From: Trichosphaerium sp. ATCC 40318
Lineage: Eukaryota; Protista; Tubulinea
Assembly (NCBI GenBank): GCA_038496445.1
Contig: JALMLS010000027.1
Span: 1 to 64,000 of the forward strand
DNA: 64,000 nucleotides
Direction: 5' to 3'
The first letter of the stretch is position 1. Every line of letters begins with the position of its first letter. A program made the position numbers and the translations under genes. Below the pieces are notes generated by a model that ran no database searches, was not told the DNA's origin, and saw nothing but the letters and a program-made list of their open reading frames with translations. This document shows positions 47,697 to 59,079 of the stretch, piece by piece.

Positions 47697-49447
47697 TCAC
47701 TTGGATTTACTAAAGTGCAATTGTGCTATTTTCTCTGCTACTATTTTAGCTTTATCATCAATACCCATCCAGCTTTCTACTTTCTTCATTGCATTCTTTA
47801 GTCGAGGTACATCACATGTGTCAAGTACAAGTTGCTCTTCGAGTATAGGTTGCCATCGCACATTCTCAAATCCGAGCTGAGCTGCAAGAACATCCATAAA
47901 CTTCGCAGTATGTTTGACGTCAGATATGATGTCTGGCATTCTTAAAATCCATTTCCATCCTTTTCTCACCTTTGCATTTGGCTCAGTATTAAATTCTCCT
48001 GTGCCAACAGATAAAACAAGGCCTAGTTGCCTGTTTGGGAATAGTAGGTTCGCTTCAGTTACAGCAAGGTCCGTAGGGTTATTAGCGCGCATGGCACCAT
48101 CAACAAGGCGATCTAAGAAAGCGTAAGACAAACTACGCTGTGATGTTCTTGTAAAAAGAAAAAAGAGTAGTACAAGTATCCTTGGTTTCCGGATCAGTCA
48201 ACTCAACTGCTGGGAAGTATGTTGGCGCTGCTGAAGTAGCAAGAGCCGCTGTAGTAATAGGTACATCACACAGATCCAAAAAAGGCGACTTTTCTGGCTT
48301 AGAGTAGCTGCGAATCAACACAACCTCGTCTGTTTTGTCATTAACTGATGTCACAAAAACCTACAAAACTAATCAGTACAAAATATTACTTTTGTCAAAA
48401 AAAAATAATCTAAAGCAACGTGCCTTTGGTGCACTGACTTTACTACCAAATGTCTTCATTGTTGCTAAAGAAAGTATCAGCACAAAGAATGGCAATGTCA
48501 AACCGTACTTTTTTCACGTGTGTAGTTATCAATCTTATGAGAAAATAACTCGTTTTCCAAAAATTCAATAAACACTGTTGTGGAATACAAAGAAGGCCTG
48601 AACATCTGCTTGTAGACCTTGTATTTTTTTAAGGGAAATGCTACAGGTATGAGATGATATAAAAATGTTTGAGCCTCCACTGCAGTCATATGTAAAAGAC
48701 CTATCATCATTGCAATACAACCACCAATACTTGTTCCAACTACCACATCAAACGCTTGCCAAAGCTAGGTCCTATTAGCGCTGGCCCCGCCAAGAACTAA
48801 TCATTGAAAAAAATTATGCTACAAGTGCTTCAATGAAGTGCAGTTCACATCGTGAACGGAGAAAAAGAAACAAGAACGTACCTCAAGTCCTTTACTTTGA
48901 AGCTCTTCTTCAAGTGCAATCAAACACTCTAGAGCAACAACACCGCGACTACCGCCACCATCTATAGAGAGTATTTTTATGGGCCTACTATCCTCAGGAA
49001 TCTTAACAGGCTCTTCCTAACTCAAAAAAATAAACAAATAAAAAATAAATTCACGAAAAAAGTTTACTGTACATTATATTTCCTAAATAGAGAAGTAGCT
49101 CTATGTATAGTAAAGTGGTGGCTCTTATCCTACGGCACAAGAGTTAGGCAATAAAACGGGCAAGTTCTAAAATAGCCTCACCAGTACTTTATCGTCCGTG
49201 TTGTGTACTGTATCTACCCTTGCTGATGGAGATTTTTTTGATAAAGACCCACCCCGTCTGTGCTTTCTATGCCTTTTGTGGTGGTGTTTCCTTTTTGTTC
49301 CTTTGGCGTAGAAATAAGTGATTTGCTTCTGTTAATCTTATTTGTACGTTTAGGAGTGCCGGCGGCGCGGTGAGCCCTACGCAAGTCGAACTTTTGTTTT
49401 TTATGCTCTGCTGACTCATGCGTAACATCTTTGGATGGCTCCGCCAT
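47697..49447 (-). CDS. Patatin-like phospholipase (iPLA2-gamma/PNPLA8-like)
   Basis: ILSIDGGGSRG, VVGTSIGG (nucleophile Ser), ATSAAPTYF, LVDGAMRANNP, VLSVGTG. Confidence 0.9.
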
Positions 49448-49672
49448 ACGTGATGCGATTTATTGCCGAAATAAGAGAGACAATCAAATATTCAGTACAC
49501 ATTAAGTCAAAGTAAATAAACAGAATCAGTTTCTCTTCAAACTTGTGGAGCAGCCAGAGTTTGTGGTATTTATTACGCCAAATACACGCAGGAAAAAACA
49601 GTAAAAAGATCATGATTTTTTGAACGGCAACTAGCCTACAACGTTTGACATTTGAATCAAACATAACTTTTT

Positions 49673-50539
49673 TTATTGTAAGGAAAGTAGTCTAGGATTT
49701 TTTTGTTTGTTTTGTTAGAATAACCATTTCTTTATCTCTCCACAACACTTCTTTACCATGAAAATACATCTAAACAATCAAAATAAGCAACGTTAAATCA
49801 TTACATCTATCTCAAACACCTTTTTCTTCCCTCTTGGAGTGCCATCAAAGTGCCATTCTTGATATTCACCATGAAGTGCATGATCTTTCATAGTACCTAG
49901 GGACTTCAACTTGCCATTAACGTGCCTTGAAAAGAATTACTAAACCTATTCTGAGCTAATGTAAATACAATACCATTCTTTCATGACTCCTTCTCGGGCA
50001 CCTTCTTTATAATGGCACTCCAGAGCCTTAGTTCCTCCAATATAATAAGCTTCCATTAAACCGTCTTCAACACCATCTTTAAAGTTGCAGCTGAGCTCAA
50101 GAATACCATCATCTTGCCAAGTTTGACTGAGCCCATCCTTCTAAATGTACTTCATAAACACAAGTTACATGACGGTTTCTACAACCTTACCGTTCTTGTA
50201 TTGGCACTTCATATACACTGTTCCATCTTCGAAATAGTCTATGTATTCACCGTGTAGCGAGCCGTTATGAAAAGAACACGTGATTTCAATTGTTGATTCA
50301 GGGTAATAGGAAGTTTGTCTCCCTTGCTTAACGCCATTTTCAAAAATACACGATAGCGCCAACACACCTTCACTATTGTGCCAGCGACACCACTCGCCGT
50401 GTTTGTTGAGATTTACATCGAACCTTGATGATACAGCCAAGAAATGGCACAAAATAGGCCACGAATAAAACGCCTGTTTGTCTGACATGTATATGAGCCT
50501 GTGCATTTCGAGAGGTAAGTTCAACAGTCCAGAAGTCAT
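49673..50539 (-). CDS. Second F-box-like plus MORN-variant repeat protein (paralog of 46390-47483), with introns
   Basis: LLNLPLEMHRLIYM; shared WPIL...RFDxNLNKHGxW block; NGSLHGEYIDYFEDG and HALHGEYQEWHFDG repeats. Confidence 0.8.
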
Positions 50540-50899
50540 TATGATAGTTTTTGTGCTATTACGGTATAAAAATGCAATTTGAGCGGTTCCGTAAGTGTAT
50601 GGTTTCAGAAGTCGCCTCTGATATAATTTGACACGAAATTTGACTTAACTGCCACTCAAAACCAAACTTAAGACTTCTGTATATTGTACCCACGTGGTGA
50701 TCTTGTACATTGGATACAGTTTATGCAATTGATTTGAAAATACACCAGCTCTCTGGACAATACATGCTCCCACCACACTCCCGTAGTAATCATTACAGAT
50801 TTCGATACAAGCTAGTTTTAGTCTTCAGTTTATTTAATCAGTTCTAACTACAACATTGATGCATGGTCACGTGACGTGGACAGAGGCTTGTTTTTTCAG

Positions 50900-53049
50900 T
50901 TATTTATCCCTAGAGAGTACCATTTTATGCAATTTATCAAAGTTTTCCAGCTCCTTTGTGAGTGCCTCTTCATCTTCAGCAAGCTCATCAATCTTTCTCT
51001 TGTTAGTACCATTGAAAAAGAAGAAAATTACGCAAAATTTACTCTACATAAGTGATAAAGAGCGCGTACCTCGGCTTCAATATACTTTTTGAAATCATTA
51101 AACTTTTTTGTCCAACCGGTTTTATCTAATTTTTTTGTTAGTCAGGGAGACTTTCGAAACTAATAAAGTAATAGTACTATTACCTCCTGCACTTAAGTAG
51201 CTCTTAATAAACCGAACATATCGCGTGAGAAGTATCGCTTTACGCACACATGCGTTTTCGAAATAATCAGTGTCCTGAAAGAGCATATAAGTACAAAAAC
51301 TAAGGTGTCTATTTTATGCTAACCGTTGCTTTTGGAAATTCAATCTGAGTTGAGAATTGGTGTTTCTCGTCTTCTCTGGTGACATACGAAGTACTAAAAA
51401 CATAAGTAAGGCGATACAAAATGCAAGCAGAAGTCTGGTAGAACATAAACAAGTACGTACTCAACTGAAAAACTGAACCCATCTTCAGAATTTGTAGAAA
51501 CCTTAACAAGTATGACACCACCTTTTGTTCTACCATTATCAAGCAAACTAGGGCTCGAACTAGACATTGTACATAGCACTCCGTCTTTTGGAACCTCATT
51601 ACCTAAATAAAGAATAAAGACACGTGACTTCGATGTTGAAAGAAAAAAACTGAAGGAGAGCAACCTCGTACCTGGTGACCCATATACATATTCTGGAATG
51701 ACATCAGAGCTGGTTGTTTTTATTTGAGCGTCAAAAACATCCATTGTCGTGATATAATCAAATTCCTCATTCATCAGCTTTGAGAACTCCTTTGGTGTAT
51801 TAACAGAGAAGTAATTACACCCTTTTACTGATGAAATGCATTCAACAGCATCTGTATCAAAGTTCGTTCCCATGCCGACAAAAGATGAGTATATCCCTTC
51901 TGCTGCAGCCTTTTGGAATTGATTTCTTAATCCTCTATCAAACTCACGCTACAAAAGACATTAACACCATATTTAAACCGAAAACAACAGCCACAACACA
52001 AAGATAGAACTGGTAAATTGTTAAGTGCGTACTTTTCCAATCAACATATCCGTGAAGAAGAACATTCTTCGGTCTCTACCTTTCTCTTGCTTTGCTCCTC
52101 GAAGCATAGCGCATCCTGCTTCAAAACCTATGTGTGGTGTAAGGCAAACAACATTTTATGGTTTAGTACCTTTAGTGAGTGTTGTCCCTCCTCCTTGTTT
52201 AACGTTCATTATCTTCGTAGAAAGCTCTTGACGGTTTATGTCTTTCCAGCTTTTTAGTTCTTGTAGAGTTGATGTGTTATTATTAAACAAAATCATCCCA
52301 AAAGAATCTTTGTCGCTTAGGTTGTCCAACAATGCTACAACGCTTTCATTTGCCACTTGCATCTAAAAGACAAAAAAGAACAATTAAACGTTGATCACGT
52401 GGCTGAATAGGCAATTCACGTGTTAACATAAATAGCAAAAGGATTTCTCCTCCAGTTCATAACAGATTGGTTGGTGGCAAGCTTCAACTAAACGGACTTT
52501 TTGACGCTGAGCTCTGCGCGTGGTTTTGTTTGGAAAAAAAAAAAAAAAAAAGTAAATCTCGTACTATTGACTTGCTCCCTCCTTTTCCAAATTTAGAGCC
52601 CATAGATCCACTAATGTCCATAACGATCACTAAATCAAGAGGCCATCTACCGTTATTTTCATAGAGTCCAGGACCATCCAAGTTTCCAGTCATACCAACA
52701 CAAACAAAGTTTTCAGTTTTTCCTATTGGCCGAAATAACGTCAAAATCCGTTTTAATTATTGTATGTTGTTTTAGACGCACCGTCTATTGGATCCTTTGT
52801 AATAGCGCTGAAAAAGCGAGGAGAGAACGGTTTTACTTTCTCTTGTTCGCCAACGTTGAAATAATGGTTATGGTAGATACCCTCGTACGCTATACTGCTC
52901 GCACTTGGTAATTTATTGGCTGAAAGCTTTGCGCTAAAGCTCACAACCCCTTTCGCTCCTGAGGCCATTCTCTTCATTTTTAGTATATTAGTTTAATATG
53001 CTTTCGTTTACTGTGCTTTGTTTAGTGTTTTGTTTGGTACCCTTGACAT
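50900..53049 (-). CDS. von Willebrand factor A domain protein of the type with an N-terminal ITYEG-like extension
   Basis: SIAYEGIYHNHYFNVG, MIDAS motif VIVMDISGSM, GGGTTL, RMFFFTDM, FVGMGTNFD, EEFDYITT, VRKAILLTRYV. Confidence 0.85.
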
Positions 53050-53288
53050 TGTTTCAGTTAATTGGGAGAGTCTTTGTTTGTAATTCTTGTATTTCAGTCT
53101 ACAAAATTTTTTAGAGAATCACGTTTCGCTATGGTACCCAATGGTATTGGTTTGATAGCATTTATTAGTTTTAAGTCATACAAGGCAGGGAACAAACAAT
53201 ATTAAGCCAGACGCCGGTTGATGATCCATATGCCTACGAAGCAAATACTCAGTACACGTCTTGTTGCTGCTAACGATATTCCAGAAAA

Positions 53289-53625
53289 CTAATAGAGTAA
53301 TATCACATCTTTTTGCAAAGTGTTAGTACGAATTACAGGCTCTTTTTTCGTTCCACACCACTTTTTTGTACTCATTGTGTTTTCCATTATTACAGCTCGG
53401 ATATATTCGTACTTTCCATCAAGTTTCCGTTGATGTGTACTTAATTTACCATCATTGAAGCATTGCTTGTACTCTCCATCAAGAATACCTTTATCACAGT
53501 AGCCATGTTTCATAGCTTGACCATCCTCAACCCATTCTTTGTACTCTCCATCAAGTTTATCGTTTATGTAGTAACAGTGTGGGGGAAGGTTCCTCAATAT
53601 TCTTCACAGGACTTATTCCTCAATA
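53289..53625 (-). pseudogene. Degenerate MORN-variant repeat fragment
   Basis: NDKLDGEYKEWVEDGQ...ILDGEYKQCFNDGKL repeats without a clear ATG or F-box-like head, decaying into unrelated sequence. Confidence 0.6.
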
Positions 53626-53791
53626 TATTCCTACTATTTTCCTTTTCTGTATGTTGGAAGGGTCGCAACCAACATTTCGAATTCAATACCAATTGAAAGC
53701 GCTTTTTTAAGCCGAAAAAGTTACATATTTATTTACAATCCACAAGAAAAAGTATTCCCGGCTTTGTTCGCGTTAAACGATATTTTTAAGC

Positions 53792-55654
53792 CTATCCAAG
53801 TGTTTTTTCAAATCGTTCAGGCACGTAATGCATAAAAACTTGGTTCAAATAAGCGCCTTTCTTCAACTGTCCCTCGCGGAAATGGTTATGCCTACGCCCC
53901 ATGAACAAAAGTGCATCACCAGCCAGAAGCTTTGCCCAGCGCCTTCTATGCTTCGGAGGCCATTTTAAACCATTTATACCTGTAAATGAGTCAAACGATC
54001 ATCAACGTCAAAACGAAAGCTAAATCCTACCTCTGTACTCATCTTGCCTGCCTGTCCATTCTGGATTGTAATCCACTAAATAAGATGTGAGTAGATGTTT
54101 AAACAATATCAAAATAAGAACATACAGCCAAGTGGCCACGGATCTCCTTTTGGGAAATTTTCGATTGTCCACGAAAGTGTAAATTCACATTGAGCACGAT
54201 CTGTGTGAGGTATAAGCTCGGCACCTTCGCGATAACCTCCAAAGTAGGTGTAACTTGGCTTGGCATTGTGAGAAACAACCTATTGATTAAAATAAGCACA
54301 TAAAATAAAGTGCAAAGAAATCACGTGATTTTACTCAGGTCGCTTACCTTTCGGACTAAATCAGCGTAGGACCGATGAATGAAAGACATACAACGAGAAT
54401 TGTATGCAGTGTATCTAAGAGACTGCGTATCTCCTAATTTTAATATGTTTTGCTTTATCAATTGTTTGTAACACCGTTGTGTAGCCTTTAATACAAAAGG
54501 AGGAATAAATCGTGGAATAATTATGAATCTGTCACGTAAAAAGTCTTTTCTTACCTAAAAAATCCTACCATCAGTCTAAAGTGCTTTAAAATTATCGTTT
54601 CTATTTCGTACGTTTTCTACTGGTAGTTGACCAAAGTTGGCAAAACTCTTGACGCCAAACTCTTTCCAAAGAAGTTGCGCCAGTATTGTCGGAAGTTCGA
54701 TTTTATCAGAGTAAGGCACCTGATTAAAATGTTAGAATATTTACGGCTAACTTTTTCTATTGAATGTCATCTAACTACGTACAATTTGATACTCTCGCTT
54801 TGGGTCGGCACCATTGTGTAACATAACGCCATGGTATTCTTTCTTCAATAGAGGATCGGCTGCCGCAGCAGAGTCATACGTTTCCTTTGCTTGTATCTTT
54901 TTCCCTTGTAGCTCCAAAGCAAAGCCTTCAAATACAAGAGCCTTCGGAGAACCAGATGCCGCAAAGTGTGGAATAGCATCTTTTGTGTTGTTTTTGTAAA
55001 GTAACGCCAACCCAATGTTTTCATGTGCTCTCTTGCACGTCATGTCTATTTTCAAGGCTTTTTCAAACGCAGAAATAGCCGACGTGGCCAGAGCTACGCC
55101 TTGGTCCTCATAGTCTTCCATCAAACGAACCATTTCATTTACACCAAACTCAAGCCAACTGTTTGCCTTTCGTGATGTGTTAGAATAAGAAAGGAATGTT
55201 TAGACTGATTGTACGTACTCTACTAGAACACCCTGTCATGGAAGGTTTGTTATTTGGTTCGGCGCAACCACGGACCCAGCAGTTTGGTTGCTCAGTGACG
55301 TCATAATCTTTGCTATCTACTCTACCGAGAAGTACTTTTTCGTGTTTATTAGATACTACTTCGAGCGGTTGAGTGGTTTCTATTTGAGTATAGTTGTTGA
55401 GAACAGAGAATGGCTGTGTAAGTAGCATGTATGACGTACTGCGTGGAACAAGCTTTGAACGTTCCTCAGGAAGTTGTGAATGGTGTGGAGGTCTAAATTC
55501 TTCGGAAGGACCTGAGTTGTACAGAACACTAAATCCTATAAGGCACGCCAACTACAAACGTGAAATGTCAAACGTACAGTGCCATAATGACCATAAATAT
55601 TAACCAGTTTCCTACCAGAAAAGCTGTTGAAAATCCTCTCGTACGGTTGTGCAT
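53792..55654 (-). CDS. N-terminally anchored TPR plus 2-oxoglutarate/Fe(II) dioxygenase protein
   Basis: Hydrophobic N-terminus; TPR segment AISAFEKALKID...AHENIGLAL; catalytic YREGAELIPHTDRAQCEFT...GDALLFMGRRHNHFR...QVFMHYV (HxD...H). Confidence 0.75.
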
Positions 55655-55965
55655 TGCGTATTTTTTTTTTCCAAGCAAGAAGCGTTGCAAGCGGTGTTTG
55701 GTTTTATACGAAATGTTTCCCTTTCTTCCGTTTCTCAAAAATTATTGGGTGCAGTAAGAATGTCAATCTCGCTTCACGAGGTCACCCAATCGTTAGAGCG
55801 ACGCGAATAATGTTTTACCGATTTGTAAACAAATATGGCGTTTGGTTTCAAATATACTTCTAGTTCTGGTTGTACAGCACATGTCAGCTACAAGCGGGAG
55901 TGGTGGTACTGTAGCAGCAACGAAAATCAGTCAAAGTAATTATTATTGTTGTTTTGTAGAAACAC

Positions 55966-57760
55966 ATGAAGATATTTGGCAAGAAAAAGAACAAGACGCC
56001 GGTTGCGCCGGTGAAACCAACTCCTGACCCATCTAAAGCTATATGGGCGCGTATTCCAGTGTATAAACTCGACCTAAACCTAACGTAGGGCGTATCAGTA
56101 TTTGAAGCAGCTCAGCGCTCAGACCCTGATTGGTTAGTGCCATCACCAATACGCGTAGCAGCATCGTTTCTCAATGAACATGGTACGTAAAATTAGCAAC
56201 ATTCGGCTAATTGATGCTCAGGTATTGATGAAGAAGGCTTGTACCGTATACCGGGATCGCTTGCAAAAATTAACGGCTACAGAGACAAATTTAACGCTGG
56301 TTGTCAAAATGTACTTTTGTGTTTGTTTTTACAAAATGTAGGTGAAAATGTTGTGTTTGCTCAGTACGATCAAGCGGAAGCAGCAGGCGTCATAATTAAT
56401 TTTATGAAAAACTGTACAGACAGTTTCCTAGGCAACGATTTGCGCCCGCAATTTATTGCAGCCGGAAGTACGCCACAGAGTTTCATTAATGTCATAAACA
56501 TTGACTCATTAAACTCGTAGCGAGTGGCGACACTGAGGCAATAAAAAAATTGCTGACGCAACTGCCACTGGTAAATAGGTACACCAACGCCACTATCACG
56601 CTTATTAATTGTCAAGAACAACCCACTGACAAAAAAATTTAGAGAAACGCTTCGCGTACTATCTGAGCATTTGGCGTTATTGGCATCGAACTCTGAAAAA
56701 AATAAAATGACAGCTGATAACATAGGTGTTTGTTTCGGTCCATCATACGCGAAAGTTCTCCCTATACTCATAAACAATGTTACAACGTACGAGAAATAAT
56801 ATATGTGTTACGATTGAGTATTCTGCACTAGTATTTTTCCAGAGACGGTAGTATTTGGCGTGTCAATACAAGAGGTACCGAATAGATTCCCAAAAATCAC
56901 CTCACGCTGATCCTCTTAGGCTGCACAACGCTCAGGCACGCAATATTCTTAATTCCTTTTGGGAACTAATTTCTAAGTAGATCCGAACGGTTTAATTCCC
57001 TCTCCAATTCGCCTAACAATCGACTTCTTAAACGCAAAATGTATTATACGTTCAGCTGAAAATTACCATTAAAACAATCGTTAATTCCTCTTTTGCTAAT
57101 GCGGTTCAATTAGGTTTGGGCGAAGAACAACTATGGCGCGAAACTGGTAGCCTTTCTGCCGTAAAGGAGTGTAAATACATGTTAAACTCTGGTTTACAAC
57201 CAGTATTTACGTTGGCAGACTCAAGCACTTGCACGAGTATTGTAGGCTCTTTTCTACGCGATTGCAAAGGTAGAGAACGGCACAACTCAGTTTAAAGGAG
57301 TAATTGGTTTTTAGGAAACTTTATATCAGATGCTCTTTTGGACGTTCTCACATTATCTGACGAGACAGAAAAGATATCTAAAGCGAAAGTACGTGTATTT
57401 TTTATTGCTGATTTGCGAAAAAAAATAGTCGGGACTTTCTAATTCCATTTTCAGGAACTTTTAAGAAACGAATCAAAACAAGTTAGCGCGTCATTGGGGC
57501 ATATTGTAAAGCATATGGCAAACTATTTGCAAGTACATAAAAAATTAAAGTGTGACATGGTTACTGGTAGCTTGGGGCGTAACTTTGGTAAGGTGCTATC
57601 ATTCCTAGTGCTTCATTGTGGGGAACTGTTTTCGTAGTCAGAAAACTAGCAAAAAAATAAACACGGATACATACTGTGGTCAGGATGCTGGAAAAGGACA
57701 GACTCGAGCATTAGAGTATTGCTAGAAAATAATAAAATGCGATTGTTCGTAAAATATTGT
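55966..57760 (+). CDS. Protein with two tandem RhoGAP domains
   Basis: First domain GIDEEGLYRIPGS...NKMTADNIGVCFGP; second FGVSIQE...LGEEQLWRETGS; duplicated AAQRSDP..L(V/I)PSPIR block. Both ends approximate. Confidence 0.8.
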
Positions 57761-57764
57761 GAGT

Positions 57765-58724
57765 TTATGTATCAATTCTCTTGTATTTGGCGCCATTCGT
57801 TGTTAAAGTTACACCATTTAATCCTACGCTTACGTCTGAGATTTCACGCTCATCCAAAAGCGCATAGCGAAAAGAAGTATTGTCTAGGGCCCAATTTTCT
57901 ATTCTGCCCGAAAATTGTTGATCGCCAATTGCACAATCGTATCCACCACCCTCTGATATTGTGAATGAATCCAAATTATTGTTCTCAGCTACCCACTTAC
58001 CTAGTTTGTGTTAGGTTAAGAGTGAACAATTCTACAAAGTGCACACCATAGAAATGCCTTGGAATAACGTTAGCGTTTCTATAGATCTTCTCTCGTTTAG
58101 TTTCAGAAGTGGTTATTCCTGTTAAACTACGTGCAAACTCTCCGTCTGACCAAAACAGAAGCGGTGCTAGTACTAAATTCACACCACCAAGTATAAGTAC
58201 GAGCCCAAGCCATCCGTAAGAACGTGTACGCGCTAAAACAAAAATCAGTAAAAAGTGGAGTAACTAAAATAAAAATTTACTGCAAACAAAACTGCTTTAT
58301 TTTGTACCTTGTAGCCTTGAACTCTCTCGTTCGGCTAACAAGTAGTTTAACTCCTCTACGCGTGCGCTGAGGTTTGAAATAGCCTGTTTCACGTCACTTG
58401 ATTCATCTGTGAAGTTGTTTTAGCTAAAATTTTATTTTTTCTGAAAGAAATTATTGTCCAAATAAATGAATAAGCGTACTTTGTGTTCCTTCTTCTTTAG
58501 TTGTAGTTTTTGTGTAATTCTTAATGTCGTCTTTAAATTTATTGGTACAATAAAATCTTTTAACAGATTGAGCCTTTTTTGTGGCCTATCTCAGCGTAAA
58601 CAATGTATATTTTTTTTCAGGGGCGATTTGGGGAAAAACTACATACATTGTCAGTAAACCTACATGTTTCTTTCCGTTGTGACTTGTTTACACTTGTAGC
58701 GCCTTGCCGTAAGAAAGATAGCAT
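57765..58724 (-). CDS. Single-pass membrane protein with a mitochondrial-presequence-like N-terminus and coiled coil
   Basis: MLSFLRQGATSV...VKRFYCT; coiled coil ISNLSARVEELNYLL; TM WLGLVLILGGVNLVLAPLLFW; beta-rich C-domain. Confidence 0.45.
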
Positions 58725-59079
58725 AATCGACTACAAGACGAGGGAAGAATTTTTATTGTTTTGGTCAGAAATAAAGGAAAAACCTTTTCCGAATAAAATA
58801 ACATCCTGGATCTGTTTTCGACTGCAACGCAGTTTACACTAGTCTACTTACACAACCAAAAAAAAAACAGCGAACGAAGATAAATCTGGACTTTTGAAAA
58901 CTCGTATACTTTTATACAAATACAAAGCTCACAACAACTGCTCAGAGTAAGTATCCAATTCCCCATCCGTTTTCAGCAAACATACAAACTTAAAGTTTGG
59001 TTTGCCGCGTTTCTCCTAAAGCTTCGTTTCCAACAAACTTATAATTATTTAGTTTCCTAATGGGGGTTGTCACTGGTGC

